A DNA stretch of 64,000 nucleotides from Phoronis australis (GCA_002633005.1 NMRA01000553.1:62161-126160), one strand, 5' to 3'. Counted from the first letter of the stretch, positions 27,156 to 39,754 are shown. Notes: a model not told the origin generated them from the letters alone. Numbers and translations: made by a program.

Positions 27156-29945
27156 ATTTTATGAGAGCTCTGGTAGTTTCATTAGTAACGGCATAAAATG
27201 TACCCCTTTAGCCCACTACTTTTCCAGCAATGAATTTTGATCTGGCGCAAGTGAACGTTTTCTGGGACACTGGTGGTCTTTGATTAATTTTCAAGGTTTC
27301 TACAACTGAACTTTGTAATGCGGGGTGTACAGGATCGGGGGTTTTCAGTTGGCCTTATCTGATCTCGCGCTGTTGATTGTTCAGTCTACTTTTCATCGCC
27401 CATATTTATTTTTCCTGCTCATGGAGTTTTCCGTCTGTACATGGCATGAGGAACGAAAGTTGGGTGTGCTCACTGAGCGACTCATCGGATCGGACGCGAC
27501 TTCTTTACAAACTCACCACGATAAAAAGAGTGGTGTCACACGTATTGTCGCCCAAGCGAGAAAAAGAACTACATGTATATACCGTCGGGTTCGACAATGC
27601 AACAAATGTCGTGAATTGACGTCGCACTCCACATTTAGTGTCTACCGGACGGCAATATATGTCGCAACTGCCGCGGAGTGATTTTTCCGGCTCGTGAAGC
27701 CGCACTTCTATCCTACATAAACCGAAAACTGGCGTTTTTCTTAACCGAAAACCGTGACTTTGAAGAGCACCATGAACGTAATTCTATACTTTTTTATGCT
27801 ATGGTTAACCGTCGGTGAAAGTTTGTTACGAAATCGTGTACAAAAATATAGGCGAACGGAAACTGAGATGCCGAGTAATTCCGCCAATCATCGGGCCGCA
27901 TAATGATGGTGGCGACAGTGGGCAATACAGGAATGAGGGCACTAGCGGTGCATGACGCCTTAGTGGGAGGAACAAATACCTTAACAGCGTCAGATTGAAT
28001 ATTGAATTCGACTTCTTCGTTACGAGCAGGTCACTGCTTATGACGTAGTAAGCCAATCGAAAAAGTAAGAGTGCAATAGATTCTGTTTTTTCGCACCAAT
28101 TATCCAAGGAATTGAGAACATGGGAAAAATCTATGCTCGCGTTATGTAATGAATAAGAAATTTCTCTCAATTCAAGTGAAATTTTGTAGTATTTACGAAG
28201 AGAAAACGCGCCGGTTTTATGAAATTTCGCTGAAAGAGCCAGTTCGGGTCCGGGCAACACGGCGGTTTCAGAGACAACATTTCGCCCCTGTTAGATGTCT
28301 ATGATGAATTCTCAATCGAAGTGTTTTATTGGTATTGAAAAACGTACCCACCCACTCTTGAATTATTGCCGAATGCAACCGACTCGGCTCGGCGTGGAGC
28401 CGGCAACTCAAGTCAGTCCATGTGGAGAATTTCTCGCTTACACTGGTGACCACTCTAATTCCCTAAGCCCCAGACAACTTTTACGATGCCTATTCAGCAC
28501 GCCCTTTCTATTGAAGTCGGATCTGACCTAATGAAGTGGAAAAGTAATTGTTAGCGTTAACAACAATGGTTGTTGTTAGTACCCCCAATTTGGTTTTCTC
28601 TTACATTTGCAGAGTTATAGCCTGCAACTCTGGAGGGTAATTTTAACTTGGTACATTACAAATATTATAAAATGACTAAAAAGGTTAACTTGAATGTGTT
28701 TATTTTCACAAAGAGCCACTTCCCAAAGGAACGATAAGATTCATATTGGTTTTCTTTATTTAAGTTTTTTTCTTTCCGGGAACGGGCCGATAACTTTTTA
28801 TCTAAGTTTTAAACTTGAAGTACCAAAACAGTGGTAGATTTTGAGCGCCAGTTAAACTTAATTAGTTAAGTTCATTGTGAGTCCATCCCTAAACTTACCA
28901 CATTACAGGTACACTGAACATTACACGTGTCATTATAAAGTTTAATCTTTATTATAACTCAAATCATAAAAATATACAAAAGTGCAAATATGATGATAAC
29001 CAAACTGAAGATTTGGAATCTCTGGACAATTTCGGTGGCACTGACTATAAAACTATTCTAGCTCTTTGTCAATAGTAAAAATGAAAAGCGGGCACAAGTT
29101 AAGTACAACTGTTTCCTGATTAAAAATCTGGTTAAACGAGATTGAAAGAATATTAAAAATGAATCCATGTGATAGTTAATTCTGATCAGCGTTTGTATAT
29201 CCACCGAGTATATCAATACGCGCGGTAGTTTATCTTCAATCGTATTCAATGGTTGTAGTTTTTAGATTATTAGTTCAACGATTTTTAAAAATCGAAAAGC
29301 GTACTTGATTGTTTTTTTTTTCCAGCTGAATACCGCCGTGGTGTTCGTAACGAAAATTAGTGGTTAATGCCATTATGTACAGTCAGAGATGTTTAATACA
29401 GTTTATGGTCGGATAATTACATTTAATAGGGTCTTGTTGGCATCGGGCAAAGCGGTGATCACAATTGTTCCTGATTCCGGCGCCGCGCTCTCTTTGATCC
29501 TGGTACAAGCCACTCAGAAGGAGCGGTGAAAATTCCCGCATATCTTTAGAAATGCGCGACTTCCTTGTAAGCGTATTATTCACGGTATGCAAGAACAGAT
29601 TCCGGATAGGCGCAGCCTTACGGCCTTTCTGAAAGTTTGGAAATCGGTGTTCGAAATTTATTATTTACTCTATGTTGGTATTATATGTACCATCGAAAAG
29701 TTCTCTGATTTATTCCTCTTTTGAAACACCGCCTTGCTATCACGACGCCCTACTATAAATAATTACCTGATGTCGAATAGCCGGTCGGGACTTATCAAAG
29801 TGTGCACAGTAAGAAAATCAAATTTTGAGTCGCATCAACGTCAGTGACCATCTCTTGATTCAATAAAGCCTCAACAGATACACTATATTGCGGATCTTTT
29901 CCAGACAAACAGATTGCAGTTTGGGCTCGTCATGCGCATGCTTAC

Positions 29946-30211
29946 CATGCGCGCACCCAGCCTTTAATATGGGGGGTCGAATCTCTGACAAAGTGGACCT
30001 TTTGCTAACAAAAAAGCTTGAGGACTAGGAAAAAAACGGGGTACCACCTTCAGGTCTGTCCGCCGTGCGTCTGCGCCTTTTTAGTGGACCGTCTTTTGTC
30101 TCGTTTTCTCGGACTTTTTGTTTCTCTGAGTCGGCCTTTTTACCCACTTCGCCAAATGGGGGGCTCGTTCGAGCCCCGCCCCGATCCCCCCCGTGGGTGC
30201 ATGCGCGCATG
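29946..30211. mobile_element. MITE with 5-bp TSD (CTTAC); partial inverted copy at 39568-39754
   Basis: Termini CATGCGCGCA...TGCGCGCATG; cttac on both sides. The body aligns to the reverse complement of 39568-39754 (shared cccacttcgccaaatggggggctc). Confidence 0.75.
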
Positions 30212-30472
30212 CTTACGTGGACACATTCCCCTCTGGCGTGATCCGCCTTGGGCAATATGAGTCCCATGTTACGCGCGTGTCGTATTTCACGCGCACTTTT
30301 AAACGCGCTCGTGTACATTGTATGTGTGACAGGCGCTGGCCGAAGAGAACTTTTTTCACATTGGGAGTGGAAATTTCATACAGCAAAACTTGTTGTGACT
30401 ATAGGTGTTCTGACCTTCACGTCGAGTGCATTTACGCAGGGCATTTGCGAACTGAATGCAGTAGTGGAGTCT

Positions 30473-30563
30473 ATGGTTAAAGTTTCAATGGAGACTGCAG
30501 TCGAATCTGACAAGAAGCCCGAGGGTGGGACGGGACAAACTCAAAGAGGTATAGGCTACGAAG
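30473..30563 (+). CDS. STOM: Stomatin B exon 1 ([30 protein letters not shown])
   Basis: Phase-1 donor AAG|GTGAGG at 30564; its 3' end resembles paralog C exon 1 (shared acgaaggtgag). Confidence 0.72.
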
Positions 30564-33500
30564 GTGAGGTCGAATAATGATAGTTGCTCAGATAAATGGG
30601 GGTATATGCTACAATCTGAGGAGGCAGTGTGGCCTGGTTGATAAGTGCCCGATTTCTTTACTCGAGGTCGTGGGTTCAAGCCCCGCCAGGTCGTACTGCT
30701 AAACCCTTGAGCCAGGTTTCTAGCTCCTCAGCTCGGTTTTAACCATATCTGGGAGTAATAGTCCTAGACCATATCAATAAAGCATAAAAATATTTCCACG
30801 TGATCAGTGCAATGGGCCCACATGTGCGAGGCCTGCGCGCGTCTGGTACAACGTGTATCAGACCGCCTGCAATTATTTATTTTTTTTGCTACAATCTGTT
30901 TGACTTGTCTTGGTTATTCAGTTGGTAACTTGGTTGGTGGAGGTCAAGACCCGGGGTCAGGAACCACGAAATATTATATTTATAATATGAAATATAGCAG
31001 AGAAGTCAGAATTTGCAATTTTCATTGACCAGTCCTCATCATCTGATCACTACCTCAGAGAGAGTGTGACTGGGAGAGAGGATCATCATCACCTCCATCA
31101 TCACCATCATCATCACCATCATCACCACCATCACCACCACCACCACCATCACCACCACCATCACCATCATCACCATCATCGTCATCATAATCATCATAAT
31201 AATCATCATCATCATCTCCNCATCATCATATCATCACTACCGTCATCACCATCCACAGGAATTAGAAGTTGCACAAGTTACCCTAGAACAAATATTAGAG
31301 TTGTCTCAATTATGGCAAGTTACACTAGTTTAAATAGCGTCCACATAACCCTCAAACCAGTAGTGACAACTTGTTCAGAAGTAATTTAACTGTTCTAGGG
31401 TAAGTGTTTGTGTGGACAGCATTTTAAACAGTGACGCAGCAAACCTGCAAAGTGAATCAAGTGCAGCCAATTGGAAATGTTTTGTTATATCTTTGCAGCA
31501 GCGCCATCTTCAGGCCCAGGATGCTGCGGCTACATTTTACTATTCATTTCTGTGCTACTCATTATCATCCTAATTCCCTTTGGTTCCTTGTTGCTCTGTA
31601 TCAAGGTAAGGCCCGGAGCGTTTCATGAATAAAAATGACTGAAGGTTATGTAGGACCCTACGAAAAATGGCCAAATTTGGCTAAGCTCGGAAAATCATTT
31701 CTCAGAAACGGCTGATTGGATTCATACAAAAGTTTTGGATAGAATGCTATAAGGTATTGTTTTAACAATGTTCCACTTTGCATAAGGAGCTATCAAAAAC
31801 AGTACTTTATTTTCATGAACAATCTTTCACATCGATAAAACGAAAACGAAATAATATTTTAGAAAACTTGAAGCATTTTTGATATCTCAACTGGAACATT
31901 TATATGAAATCATTGATTGTGGGATTAGTATCGTTGCTATCAATGTACCTTTCTTTTTTGTTAAATTTTGCTAAAAAGACATGGTCACATGACCCAAGTA
32001 ATAACAGATTAATAAAAAGTCAAAAATCAAATTCTGTGGCTTTTTTACTTTCAGAAAATGTATACTTTAACCGAGTTAAAATTTATACTTTTCTACTGAG
32101 ATATTTTTGCCCATTCTTGATTCCTAGATGTAATTTCTATGAATTATTCCTAGATATAATTTCTATGAATTATTCCTGGGTGTAATTTCTATGAATTATT
32201 CCTAGATATAATTTCTATGAATTATTCCTAGATATAATTTCTTTGAATTATTCCTAGGTATAAGTTCTATGAATTATTCCTAGATATAATTTCTATGAAT
32301 TATTCCTAGATATAATTTCTATGAATTATTCCTGGGTGTAATTTCTATGAATTATTCCTAGATATAATTTCTATGAATTATTCCTAGATATGATTTTGAA
32401 TTATTCCTAGGTATTAAGTTCTGTGAATTATTCCTAGATATAATTTCTATGGATTATTCCTAGGTATAAGTTCTGTGAATTATTTCTAGATATAATTTCC
32501 ATGAATTTTTCCTAGATATAATTTCTACGAATTATTCCTAGCCGTGATGTACTCAATTACTTGGCTAAATCTTTTTTCAGCAATTAATTATGAAGTGGAA
32601 GTGTATAAAACCTTAAGTCTTAATTAAGTCGCTGCATTATGAAACAGACTCAAGGTCTGTTAGAGCATCGCAAATAAGCTTTTCTTTATGTTATTTGTTT
32701 ATATTAATTGATGCAGTAAGATTTTTAAACTCACTTCATCAGTGCTGCCGCTCACGGTGCTTAACAAGACCGGAATGCAAAAAGCAATCTACACTGTATA
32801 CCCATGCATAGTCAGCTAGAGAATACAACTAATGAGAGTCTGCTGTTCTGAAGCCACTGTGCAATAGTACTTTCCTGGAGCTTTCATAGAGTCCAGCACA
32901 GAAGTAAGCGTTACTATTAAGTGTCAATGGCTCACAAAATCCACTAGGTGTCGCAAGTGAAACAAGAGTCCTTCCCATAGAATGTCTGTATCTAGGTAAT
33001 CTTGTGTGTCCTGTATTCAGATTCTCTGCTCTCAATTAGGCAGATGTGAAGGAGAGAGAGTACATTAACACCGCCTAGTGAATATCGAATCATCCAACGC
33101 GATTGCTTTCATCATTTCCGTTTTTGTCCGTGGTAGGTTGTCCAAGAGTATGAGCGTGTTGTTATTTTCCGCCTGGGTCGGCTGATGTCAGGGGGCGCTA
33201 AGGGACCTGGTAAGTAAATCCGAAGCACTGAAAAGAAAAATCGAGGGCATTCATTATTTTTTGTTTTGATGTTACACAAAAATATTTAAGTGATGATCAG
33301 AGGACAATGTTCCCTGCATATGTCTACATAAGTCCCAAGGGACATGTCAATACAGCCATGCAATGAGTTACAACATTCCAAGTTAATAACTTGTCCCGGA
33401 TTCTTTACAAAATCCCATTCCACAAATCCCACTGGGCCAAGCTGTATGTGAGCAGTGACTGACAAGTTGATTTGGTTACAACAAACTTCAATTGCGATGG

Positions 33501-36019
33501 ACGTTTTAGAAACGTACTGGAAAAAGGTTTGTTTTGACGCTGTTCTCTACTAAATAAATTGCTTTTGGTAAATTTTGTAATACTAATTGTTACAACTCTA
33601 CCTCTGACTTCTATTTTAGAATTTAGATCATACATATAGGCATAGGGTGGAGCTTTTTATGATAATTTCCGTAATTGACAGCCCAGGTGAGAGCTATTAC
33701 GGTAACTACTTTTCTCAGTATTCCAGTTGACTACCCATTCCTTTACAGGGTTATTCTTCATCATTCCATGCACAGATGAATTTGTTAAAATTGATTTGAG
33801 AACCATCTCGTTTGACGTGGCACCACAGGAGGTAAATATTATTGTGTGCGGGTGTCCTGCTTTTTGACCCTGTAAAAAGCAGAATTGGCATGCGGCGAAT
33901 TATTAGTGGTGGGAATCAAATAATCGGAAACCTTCAAGTTCCTGATTCCGAGAATGTACTGTAGTTCAGTTTCCTAAAATTCAAACAAAAATTTATGTAA
34001 TTTAGTTTCCTAAAATTCAGACAACAATTTATACCAAAATCATCATTTTCCAACATTCAAAAGCTATAATATGCTTGAATTTCATTTTGTGTTTGTTGAC
34101 ATGACAGTTGTACAATACAAACTTTGTAAAGTTTACTTTTTTCGAAAATTTTGATGAAATCACTGATTTACCACTGTTCTGTCATATTGTGTTCTAAATT
34201 GAAGACAATTCACCATGTAAATGCTGTGCTCTTCAAGCCTTGTAAGTAAGAAGTCATACAAGTGCTGAGTAAAATTTATGGAGATTGCAGCAAATGACTT
34301 ATGAACAAAGTTTCTTAGAAAGATTAATTCTTGAATTCTAACTTTTGAAATAACTGAAATCTCCACACAAAGGCAAATGGTAAAGGATTTGTCTGTGCAG
34401 ATTTTTACTTATATTAAATAAGTTGCATTTATAAATTACACCCCCCCCCCGATCTAACCTGCAGACACCACATTTCCATACCTTTCCTAGTTGCATGCAA
34501 TAAACCTAATCTCATGAAAATAATTTCAGGTGCAGTACTTTCTAACATAGATTTACACCCTCAATTAACTCAGGGTCTGTCCATTGGAATTATAGTCTTG
34601 ACTTGCTGCTTGGCTGGGGTAAAAATTGTGAGATGTGCCTACAATGCATCTTGCGCTGGATAGTCCGTGGTATGCCATGGGTGGCGCACCATAGGGGGCT
34701 GGGGGGCTATAGCCCCCATTTTTTTCAGTGCTGCGTCGCCCATGTATGCAGCCTTTCCTTAAAGGTTTGTCTTGTGTAACAAGGTCTGTAAAAGCTATTC
34801 TCATAGCATGAGTGCTGTCAAACTGATTGTTGCTAAATAATCGTGGTTGCTCAAATACTCGTGAATAAAATTTACTCACTAAAGTCAAAAAACCATGTAT
34901 TACCCATAGAATTTTGTTGGCAGATTCAATGTCTGTGACTTCCATTTCCGATAGGATGGTGATGACGAAAACTGCCTCCCCAGTTCAAAGTCACCCAGTT
35001 AGTGGTGCACAGAATCCAGGCATACATTTTCAATGTGCTATGTTATATCTGTTCTTTTACAGATCCTAACAAAGGACTCAGTCACGGTTGCCGTGGACGC
35101 TGTGGTTTACTACCGTGTCAGTAATCCAACCATATCGGTGACTAATGTAGAAAACGCCAGTCGATCCACTCAGCTACTGGCCGCTACGACTCTGCGTAAT
35201 ATTCTGGGAACTAGAAGCTTGTCGGAGATATTAACTGACCGCGAGAATGTCTCCCATCAGCTCGAGTCCTTATTAGATGATGCAACTGATCCCTGGGGTG
35301 TCAAAGTTGAGAGAGTTGAAATGTAGGTTACTTATATCGTGGATGTCTTAAAGTCACTGTGAAACCCATCTTGCTGTCATGACAGGCACATCTACAACTC
35401 ATTTCAGATACACAGTACAGCTTCGCATGTAAGCTTGATCCTAAGTACCGGTGTTTTCCACAGCCTGTTCTGACTTGTCATCACATTGGCAAGTTTGAAT
35501 TTGGACAGGACACTGTGGAGGTTTTGCGTCAGCTTTGAATGTTCATGCCTGGAGTTTAAAATAGTGCATGTTGGAGTCAATTCAGCAGTCGTACAACAGA
35601 GCAAACATGATATGCAAAAATACACACATGATGATTATGCTAACGCCACGGCAGCAATTTTGACAATTATTTTTGTCCAAAACTGTTGAGATTTTACGGT
35701 ACTATAATCACAATTCGGTTTTGTTATTTTTAACAGTAAAGACGTCCGCCTCCCCATTCAACTGCAGAGAGCTATGGCTGCCGAGGCTGAAGCCGCCCGT
35801 GAAGCCCGTGCCAAGGTCATCGCTGCAGAGGGTGAACAGAAGGCATCACGTGCCCTGAAAGAGGCGGCAGACGTCATTAATGAGTCACCATCTGCCCTCC
35901 AGTTGAGATACCTACAGACGCTGAATACCATTTCTGCGGAAAAAAATTCTACTATTGTGTTCCCACTTCCAATTGAACTCTTGAGTGGTATCATGAGCAA
36001 CAGACCCTCGTCATTGTAG
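30473..36019 (+). CDS. STOM: Stomatin / band 7 / MEC-2-like protein, paralog B; join(30473..30563,31502..31605,33137..33209,33749..33831,35063..35322,35737..36019), ~297 aa
   Basis: Same exon sizes and phases as paralog A, GT-AG introns, open frame ending in TAG. The start could instead be ATG 30488, and the exon 2 acceptor could instead give a start at 31499 (NAGNAG). Family-level symbol. Confidence 0.92.
30618..30887 (+). mobile_element. tRNA-derived SINE in stomatin B intron 1
   Basis: A-box-like TGGCCTGGTTGA, B-box GGTTCAAGCCC, hairpin near the 3' end and an AT-rich tail. Homologous copy at 21268-21578 and a fragment near 3290-3335. Confidence 0.7.
31082..31252. repeat. (CAT/CAC)n trinucleotide microsatellite containing an N at 31220
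   Basis: Read directly from the sequence; intronic. Confidence 0.95.
31502..31605 (+). CDS. STOM: Stomatin B exon 2
   Basis: ctttgcagcag| ... AAG|gtaagg; [34 protein letters not shown]. Confidence 0.92.
31642..32614 (+). mobile_element. Kolobok-like non-autonomous element, expanded by an internal minisatellite
   Basis: aaggttatgtaggacc ... aaaaccttaa; homologous to 15924-16411 and 36086-36589. Confidence 0.6.
32121..32541. repeat. 26-bp minisatellite, ~16 copies
   Basis: Unit ttcctagatataatttctatgaatta. Confidence 0.95.
33137..33209 (+). CDS. STOM: Stomatin B exon 3
   Basis: ggtag| ... G|gtaagt; 73 bp; [24 protein letters not shown]. Confidence 0.95.
33749..33831 (+). CDS. STOM: Stomatin B exon 4
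   Basis: tttacag| ... GAG|gtaaat; 83 bp; [27 protein letters not shown]. Confidence 0.95.
34676..34744. mobile_element. 69-bp MITE with 5-bp TSD (TATGC)
   Basis: TIR CATGGGTGGCGCA / CATGGGCGACGCA; tatgc on both sides. Confidence 0.7.
35063..35322 (+). CDS. STOM: Stomatin B exon 5
   Basis: ttttacag| ... AT|gtaggt; 260 bp; [23 protein letters not shown]...[11 protein letters not shown]. Confidence 0.96.
35737..36019 (+). CDS. STOM: Stomatin B exon 6
   Basis: tttaacag|; [20 protein letters not shown]...[26 protein letters not shown]. Confidence 0.96.
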
Positions 36020-36085
36020 AGGCACACAGACTTACAATGTTGTGCCAGTTGATGGGTTAGAACCTTGGTATTGATGGGAACCATT

Positions 36086-36589
36086 AAGGTTTCACATGGG
36101 ACCCTAGAAAAAAGGCCAAATTTGAGTAACTTCGTAACGTCCTATCTCAGAAATCATGGGCTGTCAGATCCATATGAAACTTTCGACAACTATGCACTGG
36201 CCTGCAAAATGCTGTTAGGCTTAGTTTTTGAAATGTACCACTTTTGCATGAGGGGCTATCAAATACAGAACTTTTATGATGTTTATGCAAAAAATCATAA
36301 GTTACATAAATCAAAGTGATTTTTTAAGAATTGCAACTGGGTGTTTTTGAACATTTCTGTGAACACAAAAGATACCATTGTTTTGCTACATGTATGAATG
36401 TAATTAAAATTTCTTTTTTGCTGAATTTTATTCAAAAGACATGGTCACGTGACCCAGTTAATGATAAATTGCAAAGTTAAAAATCAAAACGCTTTCTACT
36501 TTCAGAATACTTTTAGGGACTGATTTCTATGGTTTTCAAGTTATTTCTCTAAATGCGCAAGCTTGATAAGGTCCTATATAGGATACCTT
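36086..36589 (+). mobile_element. Kolobok-like non-autonomous element in the presumed 3' UTR of stomatin B
   Basis: ttaaggtt...gtcctatataggataccttag; internal gacatggtcacgtgacc motif; starts ~66 bp after the stop codon. Confidence 0.6.
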
Positions 36590-37691
36590 AGTGGTGTTTT
36601 CCGTGAAGCACATTTCAGGTCTGGCAAGGTTTGTGTTGCTTCCTTAAAGCTTTAAGGTTGTGATGTAGTAACATCATCTCATAAGTCTATTAGTGTATTT
36701 ATATCAACCTCTAGCCTGTTCAATCAATGATCAATCAGTTAATATTCTTATGTTTTAGTGACCTTCAGCAATTGCTACCCGGCCACAACTTGGTCTCATA
36801 ACTTAGTACCCTTTGCAGAGAGAATGTACATAAATAGGCAACTCTTACATGTATACAATGACAGAAAGAAAATCACTAGACCAACCTTCTCGATCACTAT
36901 TCATTAAGTACTAAATAACAGCTTTTTTCGCCTGAGAAATGCATTATAAATAAAGGTGATAACTAATTTACTCACAGTGGTGCTAGTCATCAAGAAAACA
37001 AACTGGGTATGAATTTCTAGCTCACCAAATGAGGGGCAGACCTGACCTCTGCGAATTTTAGTCGGTTAGTGTAAATATATTAATATATTTTAGACATGAG
37101 GTATCAAGTGGTCAAGCCAAACAATTTCTTCCAATGTGAGTAAGTAACAAGCCGAGACCTGATTTTTGTTGTCGCCAGGCTTAAAAGCCACGGTTTTTAT
37201 GACCTATGGTCTCATGGTCATGGGTTAAATTATGTGGGGAGAGGGCATCTGCTCCCAGATTCAGGCAAAAATATGGAAAATTCAGGGAAAACATGAAAAC
37301 ATTCAACCAACACGGCAAGAATTACTACAAGTTTACTTTAATGTGAAAATGAGTACTTTTCTCTGAAAAGAGGGTGTAAAATGAAAACCTCATGGGTGGA
37401 ATATATATGTTCCTGCTACTACACAAAGTTGTACAACTACCTCTCAGTTCCCAGATGCCTTCCTGTGGCACCTAGAGCGTAATGATATTTTGTCAGTGAG
37501 TATGATTGCATGTTGTTGAGATATTTTTCTGAATTCAGTGATCTGAGTTTCAAAAGTTGAGAAATTTATTTTTTATTTGATAATCTTACCCAAACTGAAA
37601 GTTGTTTATTAATATATTTTCAGTTCTTTGATGTTGATTGTTTTTTGCTTCTTGTCCCTCTAGTGATTCGAGATTTTTTTTGTAGAATTTC

Positions 37692-37697
37692 AATAAA
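37692..37697 (+). terminator. Candidate polyadenylation signal of stomatin B (alternative AATAAA at 36949)
   Basis: AATAAA after a T-rich stretch downstream of the stop codon. Confidence 0.4.
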
Positions 37698-39567
37698 AGC
37701 TTCCTGCCATGACTTGACTGTTATCAGTTTATAGATTGTCTTTATGGGTAAAAAGTCTCCATGCCATTTGCTCTTAATTCCTTGAAATAGATTTAATATT
37801 CCAGTGTATGAAATGCTACTCCGTTAGTATACACTGTATGTGTGTCTATTGGGATCCAGTTCTCTGACATAGCCTTGCTCCAGGACTGGACCAGAACTCG
37901 TGGGGCTTCGAGTCCCTCGTGTAGTTCGAGATTACTAGGCTGGGTATGCAAGATCATATCGACCATTTCCTTAAGAAAATTATTTTATCTTAAATTTGAA
38001 TAATTGCACTTAAAAGTAACAAGAATGAGTAATTACCAATTGTCACAATGCCATGGTTTTCGCTGGAGATATTGTGCTTTCAGTTGGACTCTAGGGCGTG
38101 CTGCCGTAGTACGCCCACGGACGTATTTTCAGTGAACTGTTTGCATGTTTGGAAAATCTATCGATTGTTCTGAAGATTTAATATGTTTTGATGTGTAGAA
38201 TTTTGTTTTGGCAAGACATATTTTGTCCGATGGCGCGTATTTCACTCAAATAACTACCATTTAACAAGATATTGGATGACATTGTACGTAACTAATCGTA
38301 TTACACAGTATGTAGAACAATTGAGACATTTCCGAAAATACGCCCGGGCGTAGGCCTATATTCAGCTTCATCAACGTAAGGTCGATTTCGGCGAATACTC
38401 GCCCATTCGGGTCTACTTTCGGAAATTCCCGGTAGGTCAAAAACGTAACAATTCGTTATGGTCACTGGATTTTTTGAGGATTGATACCGTGTTGTATTTT
38501 TTAGTTTTCCGAATTTTTAAGGAGGAAGTTAACTGATGCCCTGTACAAAGTGAGTCGGGATTCATTTCCAGCGCCACCTCTGTTTTTTTCTTTCCTCGGC
38601 TGCCGGCAACAGTCGTGGCAGTGACGCGCATGCCCACTTCATTCGTAGAAGCATCCAAAAAGTTATAGAAGAGGTAAAACTTCACAGAGAAAACTAATAC
38701 AAAAAACTCTGCTCATGCGTGACTTTTGACAGAGAGCGCGCGATCTCGTGCCGTGTATGAAAAAAAATTGTACCGGCGAAATTTGTCTGCTCTTATAGTC
38801 TATTACTGTCTCATGAGGCCTCGTTAAATTGTCGTTCTTTTGATCCCTATTTTCACACCTATGGTAGCCTGCCAACTTGCTCACTCAGGATTGCATTACT
38901 TTATGCTTCATATAAATTGAAGATGTGACAACTATCAATCTCACTGGCTTAGCGGAGAATTTAAACCATGTTTGGCCTTTGTCTCATCAATCAAGGTGTT
39001 TTATCACCTTTGCTAAACCTGGATGCCATGTACAAACAAAAGTCTTTGTTAAACAAGTTCTAATCTTCATGCAATGATGTGTAATCTGCTGCTTCCTGGT
39101 TCCCCTGGGGTTTACTCCAGTAAAAGCGGTTTACGGGTCGATGTGTTTCTTAGAGGGAGTTTTTACGACGAGTCCCTAGCTGGGTGCCTTAAAATCCCTT
39201 TGCTAAAGCGTGTCTTTCCCGACACCCGGCATATGCCTACAAAAGGGTCCACTTTTGGGGTTCGAAACGCTACAAACCCCCGGTTTTCCTTTTTCTCTGA
39301 CTGGTAAACAAATCTACCAAGGGGTTCTCAATGTCGTCTATATTTAAAAGCTTTTGTCGCTATCAAGTACTCATTCTTGACAACATGGCATCTCTTGTTG
39401 CCATTCTTTCGGCTTTAAAATCAGCCGTTTTGCAGTTCACTATGAACTGGATAGGTTGTGGAATTACCACAAGGATAGTTTACTGAAACAAACCCTTATA
39501 AAAGGATGAGTTTTTCATGGAAACACTACAAACGGATTCCATTTTTCTAACCACCCTCTGAATAGGT

Positions 39568-39754
39568 GAGCCCCCCATTTGGCGAAGTGGGCAAAAAGTC
39601 AGAGAAAATGAGACAAAAGTCCACTAAACAAGCGCAAACGCGCAATTCATGGTGGTGCCCCCTTTTTTATTTTTTTTTAGTCTACATACTTTTTTGTTAC
39701 CAAAAGGTAAACGTCAGGAATTCGAGCCCCCCATTGAAGGCTGGGTACGCGCAT
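39568..39754 (-). mobile_element. Partial inverted copy of the 29946-30211 MITE
   Basis: Reverse complement begins catgcgcgtacccagccttcaatg and ends cccacttcgccaaatggggggctc. Confidence 0.75.

Noticed and set aside
27325-28531. Cluster of 60-144 aa ORFs in the CpG-richer interval between A and B (similarly 39566-40957)
   Set aside because: No recognisable domain, mostly non-ATG starts and no consistent splice structure; more likely repeat or regulatory DNA.
30248-30472. 75-codon in-frame upstream extension of stomatin B exon 1
   Set aside because: No similarity to the A or C N-termini; treated as 5' UTR, although an ATG at 30257 cannot be excluded without transcripts.
31066-31389. Poly-histidine ORF
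   Set aside because: It is the translation of an intronic CAT/CAC microsatellite containing an N; there is no ATG start or splice support.
35758-36084. Antisense ORFs over exon 6 (also 25144-25416, 55469-55735) and exon 5 (54615-54809)
   Set aside because: Shadow frames of the conserved stomatin coding strand; their similarity to each other just mirrors the sense-strand identity.
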